Source of the DNA: Georgfuchsia sp.
GTDB taxonomy: Bacteria; Pseudomonadota; Gammaproteobacteria; Burkholderiales; Rhodocyclaceae
Assembly (NCBI GenBank): GCA_049276455.1
Contig: JBASWL010000224.1
Location: forward strand, 50,351 to 114,350
Length of the DNA stretch: 64,000 nt
Direction: 5' to 3'
In this document: positions 7,712-17,644 of the stretch, piece by piece
Position numbering within the stretch: position 1 is the stretch's first letter
Layout of the letters: each line of letters opens with the position of its first letter
The notes under the pieces: generated by a model
What the model was told of the DNA's origin: nothing
Databases searched by the model: none
What the model saw: only the letters and a program-made list of their open reading frames with translations
Position numbers and translations under genes: made by a program

Positions 7712-8074
7712 TTACTGGTGCGGAGCACCCTCTTTTGCAAACTCATTGACTTGTCCATGGCCTCCAACCCTTCGTGGTCGGTAGATGAATAACCCAACGC
7801 TTTGCCACGTTCCCGCCCCCAGTCGCCTGCACACACCACCGGCAATCCAAGGGCTTCGGCAAGCTGCTTTCCCTGCATCAGAAATGTTTGCTTGCCCCTG
7901 CTGCTGATCCAGCCAAGAATCTCTGCGGCGTTGTCCGGTGGTGAGCAGTTTGCGGGGGAGCCTTATCGACTCGGTCGAGACCAGATTGAGTCCTTGGTCG
8001 CTGCGCAACTCCATATAGAGACGCAGACTTTTCGATGGCGAACTGCCGCCGCCGTGGTCAGCGGTGCCTGAACC
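7712..8074 (-). pseudogene. Frameshifted remnant of an unidentified gene
   Basis: Two minus-strand frames carry protein-like sequence that can only be joined by a frameshift near 7930. One reads ...SKSLRLYMELRSDQGLNLVSTESIRLP...; the other reads ...DNAAEILGWISSRGKQTFLMQGKQLAEALGLPVVCAGDWGRERGKALGYSSTDHEG.... There is no start/RBS context and I do not recognise the family. Confidence 0.3.
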
Positions 8075-8087
8075 TTATGGTTTGGGC

Positions 8088-8414
8088 TTATGGCGAAGAT
8101 GAAAAGCGATTGGGCTCTTTGCCTTCCTGCACAGTCCACACAAGCAGGACAATCCAGCCGATTAATGGAATGAGCCAGAGGAGCAGGAACCATCCGCTTC
8201 TGTCGGTGTCATGCAGGCGCCGTGCCCCGACGGCCAGGGACGGTAGCAGAACGCCCAATGAAAACAGCGCCGACAGGGTTTGACTTACGATGCCGGCTGC
8301 CGCCGACGCAAGAAATGTAAACAGAAAAAACCACCAGAATTCAGCGCGGGAGGCGCGCCCGTCAAAGTCGGCATATTTTGAGAAACAGGTGCTAATGGCT
8401 TCACCGAACGTCAT
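8088..8414 (-). CDS. DUF805 domain inner-membrane protein (YhaH/YhaI-like)
   Basis: Trimmed to ATG 8414 (MTFGEAIS...). DUF805 blocks are present: FDGRASRAEFWWFFLF, AVGARRLHDTDRSGWFLLLWLIPLIGWIVLLVW. Confidence 0.8.
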   Translation of the reverse strand: MTFGEAISTCFSKYADFDGRASRAEFWWFFLFTFLASAAAGIVSQTLSALFSLGVLLPSLAVGARRLHDTDRSGWFLLLWLIPLIGWIVLLVWTVQEGKEPNRFSSSP

Positions 8415-8705
8415 TTGTATCTCCCTATTCAAGTCGATTGGAACAACACGGGTGTGGCAGTTTCGCATATCAGGCTATTGAGGTCAGCGACCCGAAAAAA
8501 ATTCGAAGTCGGTACCGAGCATTTTTTGCTTTTCTCATCGCAGCCCACCATTACTCGAATGGAATGAAAACCAGAATGACCTGATCTGGTCGATATCAAG
8601 AGCATGCGTCTGGTAGTCGTCTGCAATGCGGCGATACTGATATGCTAGGGGCAGCGCTCGCCAACAGTGTGATCGCCATCCTCCCTGCCACTACCAGCTA
8701 TCATC

Positions 8706-9581
8706 ATGATTACATTACCTCGCTTGATCGCGCGCTGCGCGCTTTCCCTGTCCCTGCTGCTTGGCGCAGCTTCCTGTCTTGCCGACACCCCGCCCAATAC
8801 CTTGCGCGTGTCGGCCATTCCCGATGAGTCGCCGACCGAACTCCAGCGCAAGTTCAAGCCGCTGGGCGAATACCTGGAAAAGGAAACGGGATACAAGGTG
8901 CAATTCACACCGGTCAGCGACTATGCGGCGGTGGTCGAAGGCCTTGCCGCGAAGAAGATCGATCTGGCCTGGCTCGGCGGTTTCACTTTTGTGCAGGCCA
9001 AACTGCGCACAAATGGCGAGGCACTACCCATCGTACAGCGCGTCGAGGACGAGAAGTTCACCAGCAAGTTCATCGTGCCGGTCGACAGTACAGCCCGGAC
9101 TCTGGCTGACCTCAAGGGCAAGAACTTCGCCTTTGGTTCGCCTTCATCGACTTCGGGCCACCTGATGCCGCGCTTCTTCCTGCTCAAGGCGGGCATTGAT
9201 CCGGACAAGGACTTCAAAAATGTCGCCTTTTCCGGCGCCCATGACGCCACCGTCGCCTTTGTCGCCTCGGGCAAGGTCGAGGCCGGCGTGCTCAACGCTT
9301 CGGTCATGGACAAGCTGATCGAGAAGGGCGATGCCAACGCCCAGCGCGTCAAGGTGCTCGCCATCACGCCGCCCTACTACGACTACAACTGGACCGTGCG
9401 GCCGGGCCTTGATCCGGCGCTGACAAAGAAGCTTACCGAGGCTTTTCTCAAGCTCGACCCGGCCAACCCGGCGGACAAGGCGTTGATGGATCTGCAACGT
9501 GCTTCGAAGTTCGTGCCGACCAGGGCGTCGAACTATGATGGCATCGAGCAGGCGGCCAGAAGTGCCGGTCTCATCAAATAA
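8706..9581 (+). CDS. PhnD-family (phosphonate/phosphite-type) ABC transporter substrate-binding protein
   Basis: 291-aa ORF with a signal peptide and a possible lipobox (LLGAASC). PhnD-like blocks are present: LRVSAIPDESP, YAAVVEGLAAKKIDLAWLGGFTFV, FAFGSPSSTSGHLMP. Confidence 0.8.
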   Translation: MITLPRLIARCALSLSLLLGAASCLADTPPNTLRVSAIPDESPTELQRKFKPLGEYLEKETGYKVQFTPVSDYAAVVEGLAAKKIDLAWLGGFTFVQAKLRTNGEALPIVQRVEDEKFTSKFIVPVDSTARTLADLKGKNFAFGSPSSTSGHLMPRFFLLKAGIDPDKDFKNVAFSGAHDATVAFVASGKVEAGVLNASVMDKLIEKGDANAQRVKVLAITPPYYDYNWTVRPGLDPALTKKLTEAFLKLDPANPADKALMDLQRASKFVPTRASNYDGIEQAARSAGLIK

Positions 9582-9626
9582 GCTGCACCTGACAAGACGC
9601 CACCTCAAGGCGGCGCGAATTTCATT

Positions 9627-10475
9627 ATGTCCTTCGTCACCCATCACATCGGACTTGAATACGGCAGCGGCCTGCGCGCCCTGCATGGCCTTGATCTGCG
9701 TCTGAAGCCCGGGGAGCGCGTCGCGGTGATCGGCCCCTCGGGCGCCGGCAAGACCAGCCTGCTCCGTCTGCTCGGCGTGGCCCTGCGTCCGACGACAGGC
9801 GGCATCGAGGTGCTCGGGGTGAATCCCTGGCAATTGTCTGCCGCCGGGTTGCGCCGCCTGCGTGCGCGCATCGGCATCATCCACCAGGCACCGCCGATTC
9901 CGCCGCGGCTGCGAGTAATCAACGCCATTCTTGCCGGACGCCTTGGCTGCTGGCCGGGCTGGAAGGGCCTGTTGTCGCTGCTTTATCCGGCAGACATCGC
10001 CGGGGCACGCCATGCGCTGGCGCGGCTTGATCTGGCCGAGCGCCTGTTCGACCGCTGTGACCGGCTTTCAGGCGGCCAGCTGCAACGTGTCGGCATTGCC
10101 CGCGTGCTTTACCAGCAGCCCGATCTGATCCTGGCTGATGAACCGGTAGCGGCGCTTGACCCCATACTTGCCGATGCGACGCTGGCGCAGATCGTGGCCG
10201 AAGCCGGGCAGCGCGGGGCAACCGTGGTGGCCTCGCTGCATGCCGTGGACCTCGCCCTCAAATGGTTCCCGCGCATCATCGGGTTGCGCGGCGGCGAGAT
10301 CGCCTTCAACCTGCCCACAGAGCGCATCACACAGGCAATGCTGCGTGATCTCTATGCCAGCGAGGGCTATGTCGTGCCGACCCAGGCCAGCGACCCCATG
10401 CTCTTGAATGTACTGGCCGACCCGCAGCCGGCGGCAGAGGTGCTGCATCTTGATGACTACCGGGGCCGCGGTTAA
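9627..10475 (+). CDS. PhnC-type ABC transporter ATP-binding protein
   Basis: Walker [13 protein letters not shown] signature [13 protein letters not shown] and Walker [13 protein letters not shown]. Confidence 0.9.
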   Translation: MSFVTHHIGLEYGSGLRALHGLDLRLKPGERVAVIGPSGAGKTSLLRLLGVALRPTTGGIEVLGVNPWQLSAAGLRRLRARIGIIHQAPPIPPRLRVINAILAGRLGCWPGWKGLLSLLYPADIAGARHALARLDLAERLFDRCDRLSGGQLQRVGIARVLYQQPDLILADEPVAALDPILADATLAQIVAEAGQRGATVVASLHAVDLALKWFPRIIGLRGGEIAFNLPTERITQAMLRDLYASEGYVVPTQASDPMLLNVLADPQPAAEVLHLDDYRGRG

Positions 10476-10494
10476 CCGGCATATGAGCGCGTAG

Positions 10495-11337
10495 ATGGAT
10501 GTGAGCGCCTGCTCCGGCAGAATGCCACGGCGTGACCCGTTAGTGCTGCGGCGCTTGGGCGTTGCCATGATCGCGTTGGTCATTCTCTGGCCGCTGCTGC
10601 AACTTGCCGAATTCCATCCGGCAGTCTTGTTTGACGCCAGCAATCTGAAAGTGATGGGCGGTTTCCTTGCCGGTTTTCTGCCACCGGAGCACTCGCCCGA
10701 GTTCCTCGAATTGCTGTTCCAGGCAACGCTGGAGACATTGGCCATTGCCACCGCCGGCATTACGCTCGCCCTGTTCATCGCGATTCCCATGGCCATCATC
10801 GGCACGCGTGCACTTTCGATTTCCCGCATCGGGCCCGGACCGGGACGCTGGCGCGGTGAGTTGCTGCGCGGGATATGTCGTGTCGTGTTGGCCTTGCTAC
10901 GGGCGATTCCGGAAATCGTCTGGGCGCTGATGTTCGTGCGTGTTCTTGGCCTCGGTCCCGCCGCCGCCGTACTGGCGCTCGCCATTACCTACGGCGGAAT
11001 GCTGGGCAAGGTCTATACCGAAATCCTCGAATCGACCGATACGGCACCGGCGCGTCTGCTGCTCGAAGCCGGAAGCGGCCGGCTGCCCGCCTTGGCTTAC
11101 GGGCTGATTCCCAACGCCATGCAGGAACTCACCTCCTACACCGTGTATCGCTGGGAATGTGCGGTACGCGCCTCGGTCATCATGGGTTTCGTCGGCGCCG
11201 GCGGCCTCGGCCAGTTGATGGATCAGTCGATGAAAATGCTCAACGGCGGCGAGGCGAGCAGCATCCTGATGGTGTTCCTGCTGCTGGTGTTGCTCGCCGA
11301 TGCGATCAGCGGCTTCTTGCGCAGGATGATGGCGTGA
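10495..11337 (+). CDS. PhnE-type ABC transporter permease (first copy)
   Basis: 280-aa polytopic ORF. The EAA-like loop is EAGSGRLPALAYGLIPNAMQELTSYTVYRWECAVRASVIMGFVGAGGLG. Confidence 0.85.
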   Translation: MDVSACSGRMPRRDPLVLRRLGVAMIALVILWPLLQLAEFHPAVLFDASNLKVMGGFLAGFLPPEHSPEFLELLFQATLETLAIATAGITLALFIAIPMAIIGTRALSISRIGPGPGRWRGELLRGICRVVLALLRAIPEIVWALMFVRVLGLGPAAAVLALAITYGGMLGKVYTEILESTDTAPARLLLEAGSGRLPALAYGLIPNAMQELTSYTVYRWECAVRASVIMGFVGAGGLGQLMDQSMKMLNGGEASSILMVFLLLVLLADAISGFLRRMMA

Positions 11338-12125
11338 GGGGGGCGGTCAACAGCGCAGGCGATTTTTACCGGCGTTTCCTGATGACGGGTGGCCTGCTGC
11401 TGCTCGCCATCAGTGCCAGTTTCGCCTACCTCGATCTCGATTTCGCCTCACTTTTCTCGCGTGAAGCAGCAGCCGGGATGAGCGAATTCGCCATTTCCTT
11501 TTTTCCGCCGGCAACTGCGCCCGACTTCATCGGCAAGACCGCCAGCGGCGCCTTGCAGACTTTTGCTGTTGCGGCAGTCGGTACGCTGCTCGCCGCGCTG
11601 GCGGGAGTGTTGATGGCATTGCCCGCCGCCGGTCGCTTTGGTGGCGCGCTACGATTGCCGGTGCGTTTCGGCCTCAACGCCCTGCGCAGCGTGCCGGAAC
11701 TGGTCTGGGCAACCCTGATGGTGCTGGCTGCCGGTCTTGGCCCCTTTGCCGGGACGCTGGCACTGGCGCTGCACACCACCGGTGTGCTGGGGCGACTGTT
11801 CGCCGAAGCGATTGAAAATTCCCCGACTGCTGCAGAAACCTCGCTGCGCGAGGCCGGCAGCGGCAGTGCTGCTGCCTTCGTCTATGGCACGCTGCCGCAG
11901 GTCTGGCCGCAATTCATCGCTTACAGTCTCTACCGCCTGGAAATGAATATACGCATGGCGGCCATATTGGGCTTCGTCGGTGCCGGCGGGCTGGGCCAGA
12001 TGCTCTACTACCATCTGTCCATCTTCCAGCAGGCGGAAGCGGCGACGGTGCTGATCGCGATGCTGGCGCTGGTACTCGCCGTTGATGGACTCAGCTACCT
12101 GCTGCGCGGGCGGCTTACAAACTGA
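11334..12125 (+). CDS. PhnE-type ABC transporter permease (second copy)
   Basis: The frame is open from 10875, but the first ~150 codons overlap the previous permease out of frame. The likely start is GTG 11334 (GTGA overlap with the upstream stop) or ATG 11382. The EAA-like loop is EAGSGSAAAFVYGTLPQVWPQFIAYSLYRLEMNIRMAAILGFVGAGGLG. Confidence 0.8.
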   Translation: MRGAVNSAGDFYRRFLMTGGLLLLAISASFAYLDLDFASLFSREAAAGMSEFAISFFPPATAPDFIGKTASGALQTFAVAAVGTLLAALAGVLMALPAAGRFGGALRLPVRFGLNALRSVPELVWATLMVLAAGLGPFAGTLALALHTTGVLGRLFAEAIENSPTAAETSLREAGSGSAAAFVYGTLPQVWPQFIAYSLYRLEMNIRMAAILGFVGAGGLGQMLYYHLSIFQQAEAATVLIAMLALVLAVDGLSYLLRGRLTN

Positions 12126-12126
12126 T

Positions 12127-12387
12127 TTATTTCAAGAGCGGGTGATCTGCCGGAAGCTGTTTGGAATACCAGATGGCAATCTTGTGGCGCAGGCTTTTTT
12201 CGGCAACCTGGTCTTCAGGCAAAGGCTGAATTACTTTGTCATGAACCAGCAGGCGGTAGATATAGAGCAGCTTTTCGCTTGCCGAGTCGGTCGGCTCGAA
12301 CTCGACGACGCCACGATTTTCGGCATACTTCACGCCCGCCTGCAAGGCGGCTTTGAACAGCTCGTTTTCATGCTTAAGTTTCTTCAT
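12127..12387 (-). CDS. Small conserved-looking hypothetical protein (86 aa)
   Basis: Trimmed to ATG 12387 (MKKLKHENELFKAALQAGVKYAENRG...), preceded by GGAGG. No family is confidently recognised. Confidence 0.5.
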   Translation of the reverse strand: MKKLKHENELFKAALQAGVKYAENRGVVEFEPTDSASEKLLYIYRLLVHDKVIQPLPEDQVAEKSLRHKIAIWYSKQLPADHPLLK

Positions 12388-12502
12388 TGCAATGCCTCCG
12401 ATTTCACGCAGCCGGTACCGGCGAGGTACTGCCGCAAAACAATGAGGAAAGTATAGGCTACATGCTAGAGTTGGTTTTCCCAAGTCTGAGTTCCTTGCTC
12501 GT

Positions 12503-13135
12503 ATGTCCGTCATAAGTTCCCACGGGATTGCTCTTCACACCAGCCGGAGTGTGGCTGCATTACACGCGTTGCTACTCGCACTGGCCATTCTGCTGGCGGC
12601 CTGCAGCCCGGAACCCGCGCACTTTAATGCCATCAACGTAACCGGGGCCAACTGGGGCCGTGATTTCCATCTTGCCGATGCGAGTGGCAAGCCGCGTCAG
12701 CTGGCCGATTTCAAGGGCAAGGCGGTGGTGATTTTCTTCGGTTATGTGCAGTGCCCCGACGTTTGTCCTACCACCATGAACAAGCTGCACGAAGTGATGC
12801 GGCTGTTGGGCGACGAAGCGAATCGCGTCCAGGTGCTGTTCGTCACGCTTGATCCCGAGCGCGACACGCCGGAGTTGCTGGCGCAATACGTGCCTGCTTT
12901 CGATTCGCGCTTTCTCGGCCTTTACGGCAGTCTCGATGCGACGGCCGCGATGGCGAAAGACTACAGGGTTTTCTATCAGAAGCGGGCGGGATCAAAGCCC
13001 GGGCGCTATACGATCGATCATTCGTCGGGACTATATGCTTATGATCCGCAGGGCCGCCTGCGGCTTTTTATATCCAACAATGAAGAAGCGGCGAAGATTG
13101 CCGCCGACCTCGGGCAGTTATTGGCAGGACGCTGA
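12503..13135 (+). CDS. SCO1/SenC family copper chaperone (thioredoxin fold)
   Basis: It has a signal/anchor with LAAC, the CxxxC copper motif in FFGYVQCPDVCPTT, and a downstream conserved YTIDHSSGLY with His. Confidence 0.85.
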   Translation: MSVISSHGIALHTSRSVAALHALLLALAILLAACSPEPAHFNAINVTGANWGRDFHLADASGKPRQLADFKGKAVVIFFGYVQCPDVCPTTMNKLHEVMRLLGDEANRVQVLFVTLDPERDTPELLAQYVPAFDSRFLGLYGSLDATAAMAKDYRVFYQKRAGSKPGRYTIDHSSGLYAYDPQGRLRLFISNNEEAAKIAADLGQLLAGR

Positions 13136-13279
13136 TTTTCCAGATCAACCGGAAGCCGCAAGGCCGCAAGACTGTCTGCTGCAGTTGATTGTTGACGTCC
13201 CGCTACGCGTGGGTACGGAAACCTCAAATTGATTCACGTCAACAAAGTTACACATCACGCGAATTTTTTAGGCAACAAT

Positions 13280-14743
13280 TTATAAACCAAGGTCCGCCCA
13301 TAGCTCATCGATCCGCTGCTTTATCACAGTGTCCATAACGATGGGGCGACCCCATTCGCGCCGGGTTTCGGCGGGCCATTTGTTGGTGGCGTCAATGCCC
13401 ATCTTGCTGCCGAGTCCGGCCACCGGTGAGGCAAAGTCGAGATAGTCTATCGGCGTGTTGTCGGCGATGAGTGTGTCGCGCCTGGCATCAACGCGTGTGG
13501 TAATGGCCCAGACCACATCCTTCCAGTCACGGATATTCACGTCGTCGTCGGTGACGATGATGAACTTGGTGTACATGAACTGGCGCAGGAAGCTCCAGAT
13601 GCCGAACATCACGCGCTTGGCATGGCCGGGGTACTGCTTCTTCATGCTTACCAGGGCAACGCGGTAGGAACAGCCTTCGGGCGGCAGGTAGAAATCGGTG
13701 ATCTCGGGAAATTGCTTTTGCAGCAGTGGCACAAAGACTTCGTTCAGGGCGACGCCGAGCATGGCCGGCTCATCGGGTGGCTTGCCGGTGTAGGTGGAGT
13801 GATAGATCGGATCGCGGCGCATGGTCATGCGTTCGACGGTGAACACGGGGAATTCGGCCTGCTCGTTGTAGTAGCCGGTGTGGTCGCCATACGGCCCTTC
13901 CAATGCAGTTTCGCCGGGATGGATCACACCTTCGAGTACGATCTCCGCCCGCGCCGGCACTTGCAGATCTGAGCCGATGCACTTGACCAATTCGGTTTTG
14001 CCGCCGCGCAGCAGCCCGGCGAACTGATATTCCGATAGCGTATCCGGTACCGGCGTCACCGCGCCGAGTATTGTGGCCGGATCGCAGCCAAGCACCACGG
14101 CAATCGGAAACGGCTGACCGGGATTTTTTTCGCAATGATCGCGAAAGTCGAGCGCGCCGCCGCGCTGCGCGAGCCAGCGCATGATGAGCTTGTTTTGGCC
14201 AATCAGTTGCTGCCGGTAGATGCCAAGGTTTTGCCGTGTCTTCAACGGCCCGCGTGTGACCGTGAGACCCCAGGTGATCAGGGGCGCCACATCACCCGGC
14301 CAGCAGGTCTGGATCGGCAGACGCGACAGATCGACATCCTTGCCTTCCCACACCACTTCCTGACACGGCGCCGATGACACCACTTTCGGCGCCATGTTGA
14401 GCACCTGCTTCAGCAGCGGCAGTTTTCCCCAGGCATCCTTGATGCCCTTGGGCGGCTCGGGTTCCTTGAGATAGGCCAACAGCTTGCCGACTTCGCGCAG
14501 TGCGCCAATGTCTTCCTGGCCCATGCCCAGCGCAACGCGACGCGGCGTACCGAACAGGTTTCCGAGTACGGGAAGCGACGAGCCCTTGGGTTTTTCGAAC
14601 AGGATCGCCGGGCCACCGACACGCAGCACGCGGTCGCAGATCTCTGTCATTTCCAGTTTCGGATCGACTTCGACGGCGACGCGTTTTAGCTCGCCAATTT
14701 TTTCCAGTTGCGCGATAAAGTCGCGCAGGTCGTGATATTTCAT
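13280..14743 (-). CDS. ubiD: 4-hydroxy-3-polyprenylbenzoate decarboxylase UbiD
   Basis: 487-aa ORF with full-length UbiD-like blocks: [47 protein letters not shown]. Confidence 0.95.
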   Translation of the reverse strand: MKYHDLRDFIAQLEKIGELKRVAVEVDPKLEMTEICDRVLRVGGPAILFEKPKGSSLPVLGNLFGTPRRVALGMGQEDIGALREVGKLLAYLKEPEPPKGIKDAWGKLPLLKQVLNMAPKVVSSAPCQEVVWEGKDVDLSRLPIQTCWPGDVAPLITWGLTVTRGPLKTRQNLGIYRQQLIGQNKLIMRWLAQRGGALDFRDHCEKNPGQPFPIAVVLGCDPATILGAVTPVPDTLSEYQFAGLLRGGKTELVKCIGSDLQVPARAEIVLEGVIHPGETALEGPYGDHTGYYNEQAEFPVFTVERMTMRRDPIYHSTYTGKPPDEPAMLGVALNEVFVPLLQKQFPEITDFYLPPEGCSYRVALVSMKKQYPGHAKRVMFGIWSFLRQFMYTKFIIVTDDDVNIRDWKDVVWAITTRVDARRDTLIADNTPIDYLDFASPVAGLGSKMGIDATNKWPAETRREWGRPIVMDTVIKQRIDELWADLGL

Positions 14744-14805
14744 GTTGACGCGCAGCTTCGCAAGTGCCGCCTCGGCGGGAACAAATGCGCAAAGGCAAAT
14801 TGAAT

Positions 14806-14846
14806 GCCCCCCACCCCCATCCCCGCCCCAAGGGCGGGGTTACTGA
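14806..14846. repeat. REP-like C-rich palindromic element, copy A
   Basis: CCACCCCCAT followed by the perfect hairpin CCCCGCCC-CAA-GGGCGGGG and TTACTG. It lies downstream of ubiA. Related copies are at 44356 and 45621. Confidence 0.5.
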
Positions 14847-14893
14847 TTTGCTCACTGCGCTCGAATATCACAAGGCGCTCCGTTTTTGTATCT

Positions 14894-15778
14894 TCACGTT
14901 AGTAAATGTATGAGGTTGAGTTCCGCTACGATACCCGCAAACACCGCAGCACCGAACCAGTTGTTGTGCAGGAATGCCTTGAAGCAGCGTTGGCGGTCAC
15001 GGCTGCGGATCAGGGTGTAGTGATAGATGGCAATGCCGGCGGCGACTGCCAACCCGGCAAAGTAGGCGGCTCCATAGTGCAGCTTGTACCCTACGGTAGC
15101 CAGAATGCTTAATGCAATGAGGTAGCACAGCATCACCGCAACGATATCGTAGCGGCCAAAGGTAATGGCTGAGGTCTTGATGCCGATCTTGAGATCGTCC
15201 TCGCGATCCACCATCGCATATTCGGTGTCGTAGGCAATGGTCCAGAAGATGTTTGCCAGCAGCAGCGTCCAGGCAATCGGGGGTACATGTTCCAGTATGG
15301 CAGCGAAGGCCATCGGGATGCCGAAACCGAAGGCAACACCGAGATAGGCTTGCGGTATGGCGAGAAAGCGCTTGGTGAAGGGGTAGCTCACGGCGAGGAA
15401 AACGGCGGCAAAAGAGAGGTAGATCACCAACGGTGGCAGCCACAGGATCAGCAGCAGGGCGCAAAGCGAAAGACTGCCAGCCAGCCCCATAGCTTCCTTG
15501 GTAGACACCCGGCGCGCAGCGAGCGGCCGGTTTTTGGTGCGTTCAACAAGCGGATCAAAGTCGCGGTCGGCGTAGTCGTTGATCACGCAGCCAGCAGAGC
15601 GCATCAGCGCTGTGCCCAGCACGAAAACCCAGACGAGGGGCCAATAGGGGTGGCCTTGGCTGGCAATCCACAGCGCCCATAGCGTTGGCCACAGCAGTAG
15701 CAGGATGCCGATCGGTTTGTCGAGCCGCATCAGCTTCTCGTAGAGATCGAGGCGTTGCTTGATCACGGTGATGTTCAT
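14894..15778 (-). CDS. ubiA: 4-hydroxybenzoate polyprenyltransferase UbiA
   Basis: Trimmed to ATG 15778 ([36 protein letters not shown]). The UbiA motif [13 protein letters not shown] is present. The start overlaps the ubiC stop (ATGA). Confidence 0.9.
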   Translation of the reverse strand: MNITVIKQRLDLYEKLMRLDKPIGILLLLWPTLWALWIASQGHPYWPLVWVFVLGTALMRSAGCVINDYADRDFDPLVERTKNRPLAARRVSTKEAMGLAGSLSLCALLLILWLPPLVIYLSFAAVFLAVSYPFTKRFLAIPQAYLGVAFGFGIPMAFAAILEHVPPIAWTLLLANIFWTIAYDTEYAMVDREDDLKIGIKTSAITFGRYDIVAVMLCYLIALSILATVGYKLHYGAAYFAGLAVAAGIAIYHYTLIRSRDRQRCFKAFLHNNWFGAAVFAGIVAELNLIHLLT

Positions 15779-16293
15779 GGTTCGAGCCGGCAGATTGCGG
15801 GCAGGAATACTTCGGTTACCAGTAGCGGCGCACCACGCTTGTAAAACGCCGAGCGGCGCGCCCAGAGCGGGAATTTGGTTTGTGGCAAGGCCTGCAGGAT
15901 GCGCTGCCCGAGCGGGTCGATCGCAGTTACAGCACGATAGTGCAGGGGATGACGCACTATGGAACGATCGGCGAACAGCAACTCGGCCAGCGGCCGCGAA
16001 CCGAGGCCACGGACCGCGCGCCACGGACCGCGCGTGCGGCGCTGCGAGACCACGCTATGAGCAAATACCAATGGCACATCGCCTTCCATTAGCAGAACTT
16101 CGCGCACCGTTACGCCGCGACGATGCCCCAACAGGACTCTCTCCTCCGGCAAGGCGGACATGCAACGCTGTACCAGCCGGCGCACGCGGAAGTCATGCCC
16201 GGCGCGGCGGATATGCGCCGTCAGCGAGCCTCCGGCAGCAAGCCAGGCCGCAAGGCGGCGATCGTGCGTAAGGTGAAGTGTCCAGTGTTTCAT
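15775..16293 (-). CDS. ubiC: Chorismate pyruvate-lyase UbiC
   Basis: 172-aa ORF immediately upstream of and overlapping ubiA. Chorismate-lyase-like blocks are present: [32 protein letters not shown]. Confidence 0.8.
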   Translation of the reverse strand: MKHWTLHLTHDRRLAAWLAAGGSLTAHIRRAGHDFRVRRLVQRCMSALPEERVLLGHRRGVTVREVLLMEGDVPLVFAHSVVSQRRTRGPWRAVRGLGSRPLAELLFADRSIVRHPLHYRAVTAIDPLGQRILQALPQTKFPLWARRSAFYKRGAPLLVTEVFLPAICRLEP

Positions 16294-16305
16294 TGCCGCC
16301 GAATT

Positions 16306-17643
16306 TTATCCTGTGCGATTGGCAAGATTGCGAACCCAGGCCACAAAGCGTTGACCGAACTCCGGTGCGCTGTAAAACAAACCAGTTGCGACCAGGGCAT
16401 TGGCCAGTGCAGCCAGAGCAAAGAGATGCGGAATCGACATTCCGGTACCCAGCAGTGCGCTGGCGCCCAAGGCCCCGGCCACCATGAAGAAGGCATTCAT
16501 GATGTTGTTGGCGGCAATGATTCGGGCGCGCTTGTCTTCGGCGCTGCGCGCCTGCATCATGGCATACAGTGGTACGCAGAAGAATCCGCCAAAAGCTCCA
16601 AGCAACAGCAGATCGGCGAGGATGTGCCAGGTGCCGATCATGGAAACAAGCTGCGTTAGCGGTATCGGCGCATGATCCGACATATAAAACTGAACTGGCG
16701 AAGCCATCGCGAAATCCAGGCCGAACAGAGTGAGGCCGGCCGCGCCGAACGGCACCAGACCGAGTTCCACCTTGTGCCCGGAAAGCCGGTCGCTAGCGAG
16801 CGATCCGCTACCGATGCCGACGGTGAAAACTGCCAGCAGCAGCGTTACCAACAGTTCATCGCCACCCAGCACGAGCTTGGCATAAGCGGGGAACTGGGCC
16901 AGGAGCAGTGCCCCATAGAGCCAGAACCACGACAGACCGATGATGGCGATGAACACCTCGCGATTCTTGCGCGCATCGGCAATGCAACGCCATGTGTCAA
17001 TGACGGGATTGAAGCGGATCATCAGCTGGGATGCCGCAGAAGGCGCAGGCGGAATGCCGCGACTCGCGGCATAACCGGCAAGTGCGATCAACAATGCAGC
17101 TATCGAAATCCACATCGTGCCACCATCGAGTGCAGCAAGCAGTCCGCCGACAATGGTGCCGAGCAGGATGGCAGTAAAGGTCCCGGCTTCGACCAGCGCA
17201 TTACCCGCAACCAGTTCGTTCGGACGCAGATGTTGCGGCAGGATGGCGTACTTGACGGGGCCGAACAGCGTCGATTGCAAGCCCATCAGAAACAGGGCGC
17301 CCAGCAACACTGCGAGGCTGTGCGCGGCAAAGCCGATGCCGGCCAGTGCCATGATGGCAATTTCCATTTGTTTGGTAAAACGCGCGATGCGCGCCTTGTC
17401 GAGCTTGTCGACGAGTTGCCCGGCAGTGGCCGAGAACAGGAAAAACGGCAGGATGAAAATCCCTGCGGCGAGATTGCCAAGCAGTTCCGGCGCAAGCGCA
17501 GTCCAGCTCGCGGCCTTGAAGATGAGCAATACTACCAGCGCATTCTTGAACAGGTTGTCGTTGAACGCGCCGAGGAACTGCGTGATGAAGAGGGGCAGGA
17601 AGCGGTTTGTGCGCAGCAGACTGGATTGGATGGAGTTTGCCAA
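16306..17643 (-). CDS. MFS transporter, LplT (lysophospholipid transporter)-like
   Basis: 445-aa 12-helix-type ORF. The N-terminal block is NRFLPLFITQFLGAFNDNLFKNAL. The TTG start lies 1 nt after the recG stop. Confidence 0.8.
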   Translation of the reverse strand: MANSIQSSLLRTNRFLPLFITQFLGAFNDNLFKNALVVLLIFKAASWTALAPELLGNLAAGIFILPFFLFSATAGQLVDKLDKARIARFTKQMEIAIMALAGIGFAAHSLAVLLGALFLMGLQSTLFGPVKYAILPQHLRPNELVAGNALVEAGTFTAILLGTIVGGLLAALDGGTMWISIAALLIALAGYAASRGIPPAPSAASQLMIRFNPVIDTWRCIADARKNREVFIAIIGLSWFWLYGALLLAQFPAYAKLVLGGDELLVTLLLAVFTVGIGSGSLASDRLSGHKVELGLVPFGAAGLTLFGLDFAMASPVQFYMSDHAPIPLTQLVSMIGTWHILADLLLLGAFGGFFCVPLYAMMQARSAEDKRARIIAANNIMNAFFMVAGALGASALLGTGMSIPHLFALAALANALVATGLFYSAPEFGQRFVAWVRNLANRTG

Positions 17644-17644
17644 T

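Noticed and set aside
10875-11333. N-terminal 150 codons of the 416-aa ORF 10875-12125
   Set aside because: This part overlaps the first PhnE permease out of frame and translates to Arg-rich non-membrane sequence. The permease-like sequence starts only near 11334/11382.
14292-14855. 187-aa ORF beginning [16 protein letters not shown]
   Set aside because: It is a read-through of REP copy A into the antisense of ubiD, a classic repeat-derived artefact.
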